A DNA stretch of 64,000 nucleotides from Promethearchaeota archaeon (GCA_019058445.1 JAHPZA010000006.1:768001-832000); one strand, 5' to 3'; shown: positions 1 to 10,381, counted from the stretch's first letter. Notes: a model not told the origin generated them from the letters alone. Translations and numbers: made by a program.

Positions 1-86
1 TTTCTTATAAAAACAGCTTTGAATATAAAATAAAAGAGAATTAATAATTACGCAAGAAAATTCTTTAGAGCCACTATTCAAATTTA

Positions 87-623
87 TTAAATTTTATCTT
101 TCCACACATTAGTAATTTTAGAATATTTTTCTAATGCTTTATTTAACTTGCGCTTTACATTATCAGCCCTAGGGCGTATTTCTAAAATAACTTCATATCG
201 TCTAATTGCTTCTGGATAATTTCCAAGTAATTCATAGATGACGGCTTTTTCAAAATGAGCCGATAAATGAGTTATATTAATTTTGGTAACTTCATCGAAA
301 GTTCTTATGGCATCTTCATAATTTTTGAGATCTTTAAGTGCTAATCCTTTATTGTAAAATGCCTTCGTTTGAGTAGCGTCGATTTTTATCGCTTGATCAT
401 ACGCTTCTATTGCGCTTTCATGGTCTTCGATTTTATCTAAAAGAACACCCTTTTGGTTATAATATTCATAATTGTCTGGATGAGCAATCAAGGCCTCATC
501 GATATATTCTATTGCTCCTTCATAATCACCAATGCGGTAAAGCTTCAAGCCAGATTTAAATAATTTTTTTCCTTTTTTCTTGTCCACTATTACTTCTGAG
601 CCTGTTACATTTTTTTTAGACAC
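87..623 (-). CDS. Tetratricopeptide-repeat (TPR) protein
   Basis: About 4 tandem 34-aa repeats with TPR consensus (YYNQKGVLL..EAIEAYDQAIKID; AFYNKGLALKDLKNYEDAIRTFD). GTG start. Confidence 0.9.
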   Translation of the reverse strand: MSKKNVTGSEVIVDKKKGKKLFKSGLKLYRIGDYEGAIEYIDEALIAHPDNYEYYNQKGVLLDKIEDHESAIEAYDQAIKIDATQTKAFYNKGLALKDLKNYEDAIRTFDEVTKINITHLSAHFEKAVIYELLGNYPEAIRRYEVILEIRPRADNVKRKLNKALEKYSKITNVWKDKI

Positions 624-704
624 AGTTCATACCTTTAAATTTTTTATCTATTATTGTGCTAATTAACCTATAATAATAAAATTATAGTTTACTAAATTAT
701 TATT

Positions 705-2198
705 ATGAAAGAAGATATTATAGTAATTGGGGCGGGAATCGGTGGTTTGAGCTGTGCTGCGTTATTGGCTCATGGGGGTCACAAAGTAAGGGTTCTTGAA
801 AAGAATTCTTATATTGGAGGTGCATGTAGTTCATATAAAAAACAAGGGTATACGCTCGATCGATCTGTGCATTTATTTAGCTTAGGATTAAATGGTCCAT
901 TTGGGAAAATCTTAAACAGGTTAGGTTTAAACAATTTACAATTCGTCAAAGGAGTAAATAAAAGGACGGCAATGAAATATTATCAAACAGAAGGTTATTA
1001 CCCATCGGATTTTAATGTGAACTCTATGATTAATGCTATGAAACCAAGTACATCTAACGGAGAAAGGAGCGAAAAAGCAACAGAAAATGCAATAATGACA
1101 CGATTAAAAAAGTTAGGAATATCCACTCAAACCTTTAAAGAATTGGGAAAAGTAATGGCAAGCATTTTAACAATGAGAAAGAAAAAACTGATGCAAATAT
1201 ATGAAGATGATTTGACGGTAACACAATATATTAGTCAATTTTCGGAAGATCCTTTCATTCATGGTTTATTTGCCTTTCTTTTAGCAGGAATGTTTGCAAT
1301 TTCACCAAAGCAAGCAAGTGCGGGTGAGTTTGTGCATTGTTTTAAAACAGAAATGACTACAAAAGAAGGGTATCAATATCCTTTAGGAGGTGGATCTCAA
1401 GCTGTTCCGAACGCATTAGCAGAGGGCATCAGAAAATATGGTGGTAATATTCAAACAGATTCTCGAGTTGATTCTATTGTAATTAAAAATGATAAAGTCC
1501 AAGGGGTAACAGTTAAAAATGAAATGATTGAAGCCCCTATAGTTGTTAGCAATTTATCAATTAGAATGACAGTATTAACTTTAGCGGGACGAGACTATTT
1601 TGAGAGAAATTATTTAACAAAAATAGAGAGCTTAAAACCCTCATTATCTTCCATGACATTTAAATTGGCCCTAAAAGAACCATTAATTAAAGACTGGGGG
1701 TGTGTTAACCTCTATCATCCGACATTGGACGATTGGAAAGGGAAATATGGTCCAGGGGCTCCTAAATCAAACGGATTTTTTGGGCCAATTCCTTCGAATA
1801 TTGATCCTTCTTTGGCTCCAAAAGGAGGTCAAGTCGCTATATTTGGAACAATAGTTCCCGCAAAAGTTTCTAATTGGGATAAATGGCAAGAGGTTTATTA
1901 TGCTGATTTAAATGAATTTTTTCCCGAATTAAAAAAGAAACTAAGCTTCATGGATGTATCATTTCCAAAAGATTTCGCGAGAGCGACTGGGAAACCTTTT
2001 GGTCCTGTTGAAGGGTTAGCTTTAACACCAGATCAAACGGGTAAAAATAAACCTTCCTCTGTGTTACCCATTGAAGGATTATATGTAGTGGGAGATACCG
2101 CAGGTACTGATGCTCATGGAATTGGAACACAATTGGCTGCTGATTCGGGGATTAAATGCGCGGATATGCTTTTAGGAAGGATAGAAAAAAACTCATAA
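705..2198 (+). CDS. FAD-dependent oxidoreductase, phytoene dehydrogenase/CrtI-like family
   Basis: N-terminal IVIGAGIGGL...VLEKN..IGG dinucleotide-binding motif, YPLGGG motif, DPSLAPKG, C-terminal PIEGLYVVGD...GIG. Confidence 0.85.
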   Translation: MKEDIIVIGAGIGGLSCAALLAHGGHKVRVLEKNSYIGGACSSYKKQGYTLDRSVHLFSLGLNGPFGKILNRLGLNNLQFVKGVNKRTAMKYYQTEGYYPSDFNVNSMINAMKPSTSNGERSEKATENAIMTRLKKLGISTQTFKELGKVMASILTMRKKKLMQIYEDDLTVTQYISQFSEDPFIHGLFAFLLAGMFAISPKQASAGEFVHCFKTEMTTKEGYQYPLGGGSQAVPNALAEGIRKYGGNIQTDSRVDSIVIKNDKVQGVTVKNEMIEAPIVVSNLSIRMTVLTLAGRDYFERNYLTKIESLKPSLSSMTFKLALKEPLIKDWGCVNLYHPTLDDWKGKYGPGAPKSNGFFGPIPSNIDPSLAPKGGQVAIFGTIVPAKVSNWDKWQEVYYADLNEFFPELKKKLSFMDVSFPKDFARATGKPFGPVEGLALTPDQTGKNKPSSVLPIEGLYVVGDTAGTDAHGIGTQLAADSGIKCADMLLGRIEKNS

Positions 2199-2227
2199 AA
2201 GATTAAACAGATTACTAATTTAAAATT

Positions 2228-4129
2228 GTGGTTTTTTTGATATTAACAGAGTCTAAACCGAAAAAATGGGATAAACAGTATAAAATAGTACTAAGTACGT
2301 TTATAATTGCTTCGTTCCTAGTTATTTTTTTAGAATTATTAACAACACAAACGCTTGTTTGGAGTTATTGGATAGTTTTAGCGGGAATATTTATTATTGC
2401 ACACTATACGACGCACAAGTTTATGTGGAATTTAAATTTTAAAAAAGTATTATTATTATTTTTGATTATCGATATTTCACTAATAACAATAGAAATCTTA
2501 ATAACAGGGAAGTTTATTCAGAGTTTGGGGTTCATACTTTTTTCACTTTTGTTTGTAGGGCATTATTTAGAGGAAGCAATTAATCATTTTTTCAAACAAC
2601 TACATATAAAAAAAATATATAGGGGTATCATTGTTCATTGGACTCTTATAGGTATTGTAATAGTCATTTATATCATATACTTTACTCAAGTTATAACTGA
2701 AAACTATTTCCTCTTGCGGTTTTTAAATTTTATACTCTTGCTAGGATTAATCATTATACTTATAATCACCATAGATCCTTTAATTAGAGTATTTGCCGTC
2801 GGATTTCACAGGAGAAAGTATAGCTTATTTCCAATCAACAGGGTTGAATTACCAGCAATACATTATTTATTAAAGCAGGAGCAAAAATCTATGGAATTTT
2901 CCGAATTAAAAAGAAAAATAAGAGGGATGTTTAATATTTTTATCCCAAAAGGGTACTTTAATGATCAAATGGCCGCATCCCGCATATATTCATTATGTGC
3001 TCTTGGCTTAGCAGATATTGAAAGCAATCTTGTTACCTTAAACGAATCTGGCCAAAAAGAAGTAAAAATTTGGAAAGATACATTAAATAAACAAATAGAA
3101 GCATTTAACAAGATATTAAATAATAACAGCATATTAATAAAGTCATTTCTGGGACTTTTAGCCTTAAGTCTCTTTAAAATTTATTTTGGCTTTCATAATT
3201 CGCAATCTTTGTTTGCAAAAGGTTTTGAGAATTTACTTGATTGTACTGCAGTTATATTAATTGGACTGGGTATAAAATATAAAAAGGAGAAGCTAGTAAA
3301 TATTATTTTAGTTTGTTTGATGATTTTTGCTGGATTTTCAATTTTATTTGGTGCAATTGAAGCTTTTATAAATCCGCACCCTATTTCAAATGTCTATATT
3401 ATAATTCTAATTGCATTAATTTCTATTTTTCTAAATACCTATTTAAGAGCATTAAAGAATTTTATAGGAAAAAAGAATAGAAATTCTTCATTGGTTGCAA
3501 GCGCAATAGATAGTAAAGTGAATGTCATTTTATCTATTGGGGTTATAATAGGAGCTTTATCATCTGAATTCGGGTCATCTATAGGTATGCCAATTTTCTA
3601 CTTAATAGACCCCATTGTTGCTATAATCATATGCATTCTAATTTTTAAAGAGGCGCTTGAGATAATTATTGAGTTTATTACCAGAGAAGTAGAAGAAATC
3701 GAATTTGAAAAGGTTCAAGTGTATTATGAATCATTCTTTAAAGAATATATGATAAAGTGGATTTTCTCAGTTTTGAATGATATTCCGAATTCAGAGTTCT
3801 CTCCCAATAGATTAGATGATTTTTTTTATGAATCTTTGAGAAAAGGTGATGAAATTTATACAGAATTCGCTCATTTTGGTCTTTATGTATATAAAGAGAA
3901 TGGTATTAAATCTATAATTAAAGAATTAATTGTCGATAACTTATTAGTTCAAACAAATAATAACATCATTAAAATAACGAATAAAGGAGAAAATTTTTAT
4001 GAACACTTCTATTCTAAACAATTATTAGAAGATGTCAGAGATCCCTTTGATTTCTTTTTTGAAGAAAAGTTTGGTTTTGATACCTTAAAATGGAGAAAAA
4101 AAGAACTTGAATTAATTTCTAACGTCTAA
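2228..4129 (+). CDS. Multi-domain membrane protein: N-terminal TM bundle + winged-helix-like segment + cation diffusion facilitator (CDF)-like TM domain + C-terminal winged-helix-like domain
   Basis: CDF-like segments (SQSLFAKGFENLLD; NSSLVASAIDSKVNV; IDPIVAIIICILIFKEA) and two wHTH-like ends (VTLNESG; IKITNKG). Confidence 0.6.
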   Translation: MVFLILTESKPKKWDKQYKIVLSTFIIASFLVIFLELLTTQTLVWSYWIVLAGIFIIAHYTTHKFMWNLNFKKVLLLFLIIDISLITIEILITGKFIQSLGFILFSLLFVGHYLEEAINHFFKQLHIKKIYRGIIVHWTLIGIVIVIYIIYFTQVITENYFLLRFLNFILLLGLIIILIITIDPLIRVFAVGFHRRKYSLFPINRVELPAIHYLLKQEQKSMEFSELKRKIRGMFNIFIPKGYFNDQMAASRIYSLCALGLADIESNLVTLNESGQKEVKIWKDTLNKQIEAFNKILNNNSILIKSFLGLLALSLFKIYFGFHNSQSLFAKGFENLLDCTAVILIGLGIKYKKEKLVNIILVCLMIFAGFSILFGAIEAFINPHPISNVYIIILIALISIFLNTYLRALKNFIGKKNRNSSLVASAIDSKVNVILSIGVIIGALSSEFGSSIGMPIFYLIDPIVAIIICILIFKEALEIIIEFITREVEEIEFEKVQVYYESFFKEYMIKWIFSVLNDIPNSEFSPNRLDDFFYESLRKGDEIYTEFAHFGLYVYKENGIKSIIKELIVDNLLVQTNNNIIKITNKGENFYEHFYSKQLLEDVRDPFDFFFEEKFGFDTLKWRKKELELISNV

Positions 4130-4304
4130 TTGTTTATTTTAATATAAATTGATATAATCTAAGGAAAACCGAGAAAAAATAGGAGTTTATTATATTTTGT
4201 AAAACTAATGTAAAATTAAATAAAAATAGAAATATAGTTATTTAAAAAGCGTTTAAACCAATTAATATACTATTCTAATAAACAATATTCAAAGTGAAAA
4301 TAGA

Positions 4305-5480
4305 TTGGTAAAAAAAGGAATAAAGGATAGAGTTGCGATCATAGGGTGCGATGCTACAAAATACGGGGAATTGTGGGATAAAAGTCAATTTGATTTACTA
4401 TCAGAAGCATGTCAAGGTGCTATTAAGGATGCTGGAATAACTAAAGATGAAATTGATGCTGCGTGGTTAGGAAATTATTATTTTTTTACCGGTCTTTCTG
4501 GAACTACATTAGAAGATTCTCTCAGGTTAGAGGGGAAACCCATTACGAGATGTGAGAATTATTGCGCAAGCGGAATGGATGCATTTCGCAATGCTTGCTT
4601 CGGAGTTGCTTCAGAAGTATATGATATAGCGCTCGCCTGTGGTGTAGAAAAAATAATGGATCAAGGAGGAAGAGGCTTACCCGGAACAACAATTTTTGGG
4701 CATCCTGTTTTACCTCGTCCATCAGCTCCTGCTATATTTTGTTTATTGGCAACGAGATGTTTCCATGAATATGGATGGGGGAGAGAGGATTTAGCACGAG
4801 TAGCTGTAAAAAACCATGAAAATGGGTATTATCATCCCAAGGCACATTTTCGCATGAAAATTACACTAGAACAGGCTTTAAACGCTCCAATGATTGCAGA
4901 TCCTTTGGGAAGATTTGATTGTTGTGCGGTATCTGACGGTTCCGCAGCTTTGATTATAACTCGCCCCGAGCTAGCAGAAAGCTATGCGCATGCTGATGAT
5001 TATGTTTTAGTGAAATCAAATTCTATTTCAGTTTATACAGGAACTCCTTGGTATTGGCCTGATTTTGATTTTACCCATGCCCCAGCCACTGCGAAAGCGG
5101 CTATAATGGCATATAAGGAGGCTGAAATTACTGATCCGAGAAAACAAATAGATTTAGCCGAAGTTCACGATTGTTTCACAATTACCGAACTGTTAAATTG
5201 TCAAGATTTACAATTTTGCGACCGTGGAAAAGCCGCTGAAGAAGTTAAAGAAGGAACTTTTAACTGGGATGGAGAAACTGCAGTAAATCCCTCAGGTGGG
5301 CTTAAATCATTTGGACATCCAATTGGATCTACGGGCTGTCGAATGGTCCAAGAAGTTACGAAACAGCTTCAAGGAAGAGCCGAGGGAAGACAAGTTCCTA
5401 ACGCTAAAATTGGATTGGCCCATAATCTGGGCGGAGCATATGCGGTTTGTTCTGTAACAATATTAGCTCAAAGAGATTAA
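4305..5480 (+). CDS. Acetyl-CoA acetyltransferase, SCP2/SCP-x-type thiolase
   Basis: ENYCASG catalytic Cys loop, AEVHDCF, NPSGGLKSFGHPIGSTG, HNLGG. Confidence 0.9.
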   Translation: MVKKGIKDRVAIIGCDATKYGELWDKSQFDLLSEACQGAIKDAGITKDEIDAAWLGNYYFFTGLSGTTLEDSLRLEGKPITRCENYCASGMDAFRNACFGVASEVYDIALACGVEKIMDQGGRGLPGTTIFGHPVLPRPSAPAIFCLLATRCFHEYGWGREDLARVAVKNHENGYYHPKAHFRMKITLEQALNAPMIADPLGRFDCCAVSDGSAALIITRPELAESYAHADDYVLVKSNSISVYTGTPWYWPDFDFTHAPATAKAAIMAYKEAEITDPRKQIDLAEVHDCFTITELLNCQDLQFCDRGKAAEEVKEGTFNWDGETAVNPSGGLKSFGHPIGSTGCRMVQEVTKQLQGRAEGRQVPNAKIGLAHNLGGAYAVCSVTILAQRD

Positions 5481-5545
5481 TTGCTTAAACCACTTCTAGT
5501 ATTTTAATACCTTAATTAAATCTACTAAAAAAAGGAAATTATTCT

Positions 5546-6220
5546 TTATTTTTTTTGTTCTAATGCCTTTTTCGCGAAGAGTCTTTGCTTTAATTTTACC
5601 AAACCAGTCTCCTCATCGTAATCCAAAATATCTACATTCGCTAATTCGTTCACTGCTCTTATTACAAATGCACCTGCTACACCAGTCGTATTCTTAATTT
5701 CATCTCTTGTCATTGCTTCTTTGTCACCGTGGAGAGTTAGAATAATGCGGTAATGAGCTTGACCTTGCCAGATTTTCTCAATTAAGACAGCGTAAATTGA
5801 TAAAAGCGCTTTTATTCTTTCAAAATTAAATTCGGCTTCTTGACTTTCTTCAGCGATTTTCGCGATTTTACTCAATTCCACCTTTAAACTTTCATATTCA
5901 TCTAACAGTTTCATTTGTTCTTCAGTCATAGCACCAATTTTTTCATCTCTTTCTTTTTTATCTTTCTCTAATTGGATTGTTCCCTCTTCTAATTTCTTTT
6001 TATCCTGTTCTAATTGATTTTTCTCAATTTCCAATTGCTTCTTATCGTTTTCTAATTCATTTGTAGCGTTTTCTAAAGTTGATTTATCGCTTTCAAGCTG
6101 TTCTTTTTCTTTTTCAAGTTTTACTAATTCTTCTTTGGCGGCATTTAAAACTTTAGTAATGTTTTGGACTGCTTCTATAGTCCCATCTATAACTTGTAAT
6201 GTATTTTTTTCTTCGGACAT
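5546..6220 (-). CDS. Coiled-coil protein with C-terminal winged helix-turn-helix
   Basis: About 8 heptads LExxKxx, then MTRDEIKNTTGVAGAFVIRAVNELANVDILDYD (HTH plus wing). ATG at 6220 preferred over TTG at 6229. Confidence 0.75.
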   Translation of the reverse strand: MSEEKNTLQVIDGTIEAVQNITKVLNAAKEELVKLEKEKEQLESDKSTLENATNELENDKKQLEIEKNQLEQDKKKLEEGTIQLEKDKKERDEKIGAMTEEQMKLLDEYESLKVELSKIAKIAEESQEAEFNFERIKALLSIYAVLIEKIWQGQAHYRIILTLHGDKEAMTRDEIKNTTGVAGAFVIRAVNELANVDILDYDEETGLVKLKQRLFAKKALEQKK

Positions 6221-6315
6221 TGAAATCAAATTATAATTAGCTATTAAAAAATATAAATTTATTTGAGTAGTTATTTAAAAAAAATTTTTATAAATAAATA
6301 CTTCTCTTATTTGGG

Positions 6316-7695
6316 ATGAAAAAAGAAAGTGATGATGAAAAACCTCCTAGTATGACTTTTATGGTTTTTTTCTTATTTTTAGCATTTTGTATTGGTATTT
6401 TATACATTAATAGAACCCAAAGCTATTATTATTATGAAAGAATTAGTTTTAAATCCGCTGGATCGACCTTGTACGCAAATTTATATTACCCTAGTAAGAA
6501 TATAGATTTCCAAGATAACCATCCATTATTAATCTATACTCCTGGTTTTGGAAGTCAAAGAGATATTGATTTAAGAATTACCATGGAATTAACAAAGAGA
6601 GGGTTCTTCGTTGCCGCATTAGATTATCACGGTCTCGGGGAAAGTGAAGGAAGCTTTACAGATATTGATCCCAATACTAATATTCCTGCTGTTGCTCAAG
6701 ATTGTTCTAAATTATTAGATATTTTAGAAAAGATGTCGGTTTATCAGGAGCATATAGATACAGATCAAATCGGGTTAATAGGACATTCTATGGGCGGGAT
6801 GGTTATTTTACAAAACCAAGCGCTTGATAATCGATTTAAAGTAACAGTAGCATGGGCTCCAGTAGTAAGTTTTGAAGGATTCCGAACCATGGGAGATGAA
6901 AGATTTGAAGAGTATCTTCCTAAAAATTTACTGAATGAAAATAATTCAGAGAATTTATTGATAATTCATCATGTTCATGATGAGGTTGTTGATTTCGAAG
7001 AGAATGCTGAATTGGCTCAAGAATTAACGGCATGTAAACTTATAAAAATAACTGAGAGTTTTGGATCTCCTCATCAGCTGATTTCTGAAAAAGTTATTAA
7101 GAAATCGATTAATTGGTTTGAAAAGTTTTTTTTTGATTCTGAAACAAAAAATGGACCAATCAATAGTTCCTACATAATTAACTACATTTTGTTAGTTATA
7201 AGCTTAATAGCATTGTTCTCAACAGTTTTCTATTTTCTGAGTTATATTTCAAGATATTTTGAGTTTAAAAAAGACACAAAAAAAGAACCACCATTCCAAA
7301 TTCTTAAAAAAAAGCCAAAAAAAAAGATAATTATACAAATTATTAAGATCGCTTTTTACTATTATGCATTTTTAATTTCATGGTTTTTTTTCAGGAGGCC
7401 GTTTGGACTGATTGGTCTTTTTTATGTTTCAATTATCGTAATATTTTCATATATATTAATTAAACTAGCAATTTACATGATTAAAGAAAGAGAGAAATTC
7501 AATCTGAATAATTTATTAAAAATTCAATATGATGAAGACGAATTAGTTTATATTATATTATGTACAGTTATTTTTTTAGGATTATACCTCGCGTTTTCAA
7601 TTGTATATCCATTTAATTTTGTGTATTCCCTTTGTTTTTGTTTCTCCTCTGCATTTTATATCCTAAGTTATATTATATCCGCGCTAAAAAATTAA
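6316..7695 (+). CDS. Membrane-anchored alpha/beta hydrolase; C-terminally truncated/frameshifted tandem paralogue of 7747..9453
   Basis: GHSMGG nucleophile elbow, Asp in HDEVV, His in SPHQ, N-terminal TM anchor, C-terminal TM helices. Closely similar to the next gene but ~110 aa shorter. Confidence 0.8.
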   Translation: MKKESDDEKPPSMTFMVFFLFLAFCIGILYINRTQSYYYYERISFKSAGSTLYANLYYPSKNIDFQDNHPLLIYTPGFGSQRDIDLRITMELTKRGFFVAALDYHGLGESEGSFTDIDPNTNIPAVAQDCSKLLDILEKMSVYQEHIDTDQIGLIGHSMGGMVILQNQALDNRFKVTVAWAPVVSFEGFRTMGDERFEEYLPKNLLNENNSENLLIIHHVHDEVVDFEENAELAQELTACKLIKITESFGSPHQLISEKVIKKSINWFEKFFFDSETKNGPINSSYIINYILLVISLIALFSTVFYFLSYISRYFEFKKDTKKEPPFQILKKKPKKKIIIQIIKIAFYYYAFLISWFFFRRPFGLIGLFYVSIIVIFSYILIKLAIYMIKEREKFNLNNLLKIQYDEDELVYIILCTVIFLGLYLAFSIVYPFNFVYSLCFCFSSAFYILSYIISALKN

Positions 7696-7746
7696 AAAAT
7701 GCATCATAAAAAGAAATTTTATTAATAAAAACTTCTCTTATGTGGG

Positions 7747-9453
7747 ATGAAAAAAAAAAAAGATGATGAAAAACCTCGTAGTATGACTTTAATGGTTTTT
7801 TTTTTATTTTTCGCATTTTGCATTAGTATTTTATATATTAATAGAGCCCAAAGTTATTACTATTATGAAAGAATTAGTTTTGAATCTGCGGGATCGACAT
7901 TATACGCAAATTTATATTATCCAAGTAAGAATATAGATTTCCAAGATAAGCATCCATTATTAATATATGCTCATGGGATTGGAAGTCAAAGAGATATTGA
8001 TTTAAGAGTTACTATTGAATTAACAAAGAGAGGTTTCTTCGTAGCCGCTTTAGATTATCACGGTCATGGAGAAAGTGAAGGAGAGCTGACGGATATAGAT
8101 TCCGATACAAATATTCCAGCTGTTGCCGAAGATTGTTCTAAATTATTGGATAAATTGGAAAAAATGAGAGTTTATAAGGAGAACATTGACAAAAAACAAA
8201 TCGGATTAATAGGCCATTCTTTAGGGGGAATGATTGTGTTACAAAATCAGGCGCTTGATGATCGATTTAAAGCTACAGTAGCATGGGCTCCATTAGTAAG
8301 TTTTGATCCTGAAGAGCTCGGGATCTCTAAAGGAGATAAATTTGAAGATTACATTCCTGAAAATTTACTAAATGAAAATAATTCCAAGAATTTATTAGTT
8401 ATCCATCATGTTGATGATGAGGTACTCGATTATGAAGATAATGCTGAACTTGTTCATGAATTAACGGGTTGTAAACTTATTAAAATAACAGAAAGTTTCG
8501 GCAGTCCACATCAACTGATTTCTGATAAAGTATTAATAGAATCGATTAATTGGTTTGAAGAGATTTTTTTTGATTCTGAAACAAAAAACGGACCCATTAC
8601 AATTTCATATGTCATTAACTATATTTTGCTTGTGATAAGCTTAATTGCATTGTTTTCAACAGTTTTTTATTTTATGGGGTATGTTTCACGTTATTTTGAT
8701 CTTAAACAGGATGCTGAACCGGAGATATCAGTAAAGAGTTCTAAAGAAAGTTCGAAAAATGAAAAAATTAAACAATGTGTCAAGATTGCATTCTACTTTT
8801 TCGTTTTTATAAGCATATGGTTTTTTTTCACGATGCAATATGGGCTTACTGGGCTTTTTTATGCTTCTCTTGTTATGCTTTCTCTTTATTTGTTTATAAA
8901 ATTAAGTGTATTTTTAGCTAAAGAAAAAAGAGAGAAAGAAAAAATAAATATACTTAATATAATAAAATCACAATATGATGAGGATGCTATAGTCTATACG
9001 ATTGTATGTACTGGAATTTTTTTAGGTTTATATTTAGCATTTTCGATCGTCTACCCATTTGTTTTCGTCTTTCCATCAAATATCCTAAGTATTGTATTGG
9101 CACTTTCAGTATATCCTTTATATTTATGCTTTGAGATATTTTACAGAAAGATTTTATATCCTAAATTATTCTTTATTCACTCTGAGAAATCAAAAACTAT
9201 GATAATAACAACATTAGCAATCATTAACCAGATTATCCTTATTAGTCTAAATCTTTCACTAGCATTTTTACCTGCTGTATTAGTTTTTTATGTGATATTC
9301 TTGCTTGTCATTATTAAAAACTCTATAATCTACGCAAAAACAAAAAATTTTTTGACACTTATCATATCCTCCTTTATCATAATTGAAATTTTCTTTAGCG
9401 CAGCGATCTCTCAAGCTTTAGGGATCTACTCAGTTCTCTATCTATTTCTTTAA
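7747..9453 (+). CDS. Membrane-anchored alpha/beta hydrolase (esterase/peptidase-like) with multi-TM C-terminus
   Basis: AHGIGS oxyanion motif, LDYHGHGES, GHSLGG, DDEV, SPHQ; about 7-8 C-terminal TM segments. Confidence 0.85.
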   Translation: MKKKKDDEKPRSMTLMVFFLFFAFCISILYINRAQSYYYYERISFESAGSTLYANLYYPSKNIDFQDKHPLLIYAHGIGSQRDIDLRVTIELTKRGFFVAALDYHGHGESEGELTDIDSDTNIPAVAEDCSKLLDKLEKMRVYKENIDKKQIGLIGHSLGGMIVLQNQALDDRFKATVAWAPLVSFDPEELGISKGDKFEDYIPENLLNENNSKNLLVIHHVDDEVLDYEDNAELVHELTGCKLIKITESFGSPHQLISDKVLIESINWFEEIFFDSETKNGPITISYVINYILLVISLIALFSTVFYFMGYVSRYFDLKQDAEPEISVKSSKESSKNEKIKQCVKIAFYFFVFISIWFFFTMQYGLTGLFYASLVMLSLYLFIKLSVFLAKEKREKEKINILNIIKSQYDEDAIVYTIVCTGIFLGLYLAFSIVYPFVFVFPSNILSIVLALSVYPLYLCFEIFYRKILYPKLFFIHSEKSKTMIITTLAIINQIILISLNLSLAFLPAVLVFYVIFLLVIIKNSIIYAKTKNFLTLIISSFIIIEIFFSAAISQALGIYSVLYLFL

Positions 9454-9743
9454 GCTTTAATTATATGGATTATTTTTTGAAGTATAGCAAAAGAAGAATA
9501 TTTTAAATATACTCATGTACTAACAATTGAGATTAAAGGATTATAAGACATCTTTTAAGGTAGAAAATAATCGAACTTTTTTTTATTAGCTATTCTATCT
9601 AAATTTTTTTTCTGGTAAGCAGCGAATAAACCTTTAGGATCTAAATGAGACATCTAATTTTTATAAAGAATTCCTATATTTAATATACTAAACTTTCTAT
9701 AATTATTAAAAAATAATAAAAATTTAAAATTAATGCTTAAAAT

Positions 9744-9863
9744 TTAATCCAGCGTACCATCCTTAGGAGGTGGAGCTTCCTTCTCTTTCAATTTTTCTGC
9801 TACTTCCGACGCGATTGGCATTCCTACTAATAATAAAACGGTTCCTAATATCGAAAAACTAAA
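9744..9863 (-). pseudogene. Possible gene remnant or small ORF (FSFSILGTVLLLVGMPIASEVAEKLKEKEAPPPKDGTLD*)
   Basis: Hand translation. Coding-like, GC-richer patch in an AT-rich spacer; hydrophobic helix plus charged tail; in-frame stop immediately upstream; internal ATG at 9821. Confidence 0.35.
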
Positions 9864-9880
9864 TTAAATTAAAAATTAAA

Positions 9881-10186
9881 TTATTGTTCCATATATTCTT
9901 TGTATAGTTCTTCAAGATATCTTTTAATTTTATGAAAATGATCTTCTCCAGCATCTGTTATTGAGTAATATTTTCGAATCTTCCCTTCAACATTTTTTTC
10001 TTCCATGGCCAGATATCCTGAATTCGTCAATCTTGCTAACCATGGATATAAAGTACCATCAGAAATTTTATAGTCATGCCTAGCTAATTCTTCCTTTAAC
10101 CAAACTCCATAAAATGGCTCTTTTCTTGCATAGTATATGATGTGAGCAATTATAGCTCCTTTTTTAAAACGGGATAATGGGTTCAT
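9881..10186 (-). CDS. PadR-family transcriptional regulator
   Basis: PFYGVWLKEEL...ISDGTLYPWLARL...GYL...RKYYSITDAG PadR signature. Confidence 0.92.
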   Translation of the reverse strand: MNPLSRFKKGAIIAHIIYYARKEPFYGVWLKEELARHDYKISDGTLYPWLARLTNSGYLAMEEKNVEGKIRKYYSITDAGEDHFHKIKRYLEELYKEYMEQ

Positions 10187-10381
10187 ATTAACTAATTTTA
10201 AAAAATATTAATTTGATATCGAAATTCAATAATATGAATTTAGAGATTTTTATTTATTTTATACTAAATTTTAAATCCTTATATAAAATAATAAGAACTA
10301 CTTAAAAATATTACTTATTTGTATTAATCAATAATTCATAATCTTTATATACATAGCTAAAACTAATATTATTTAAGATCG

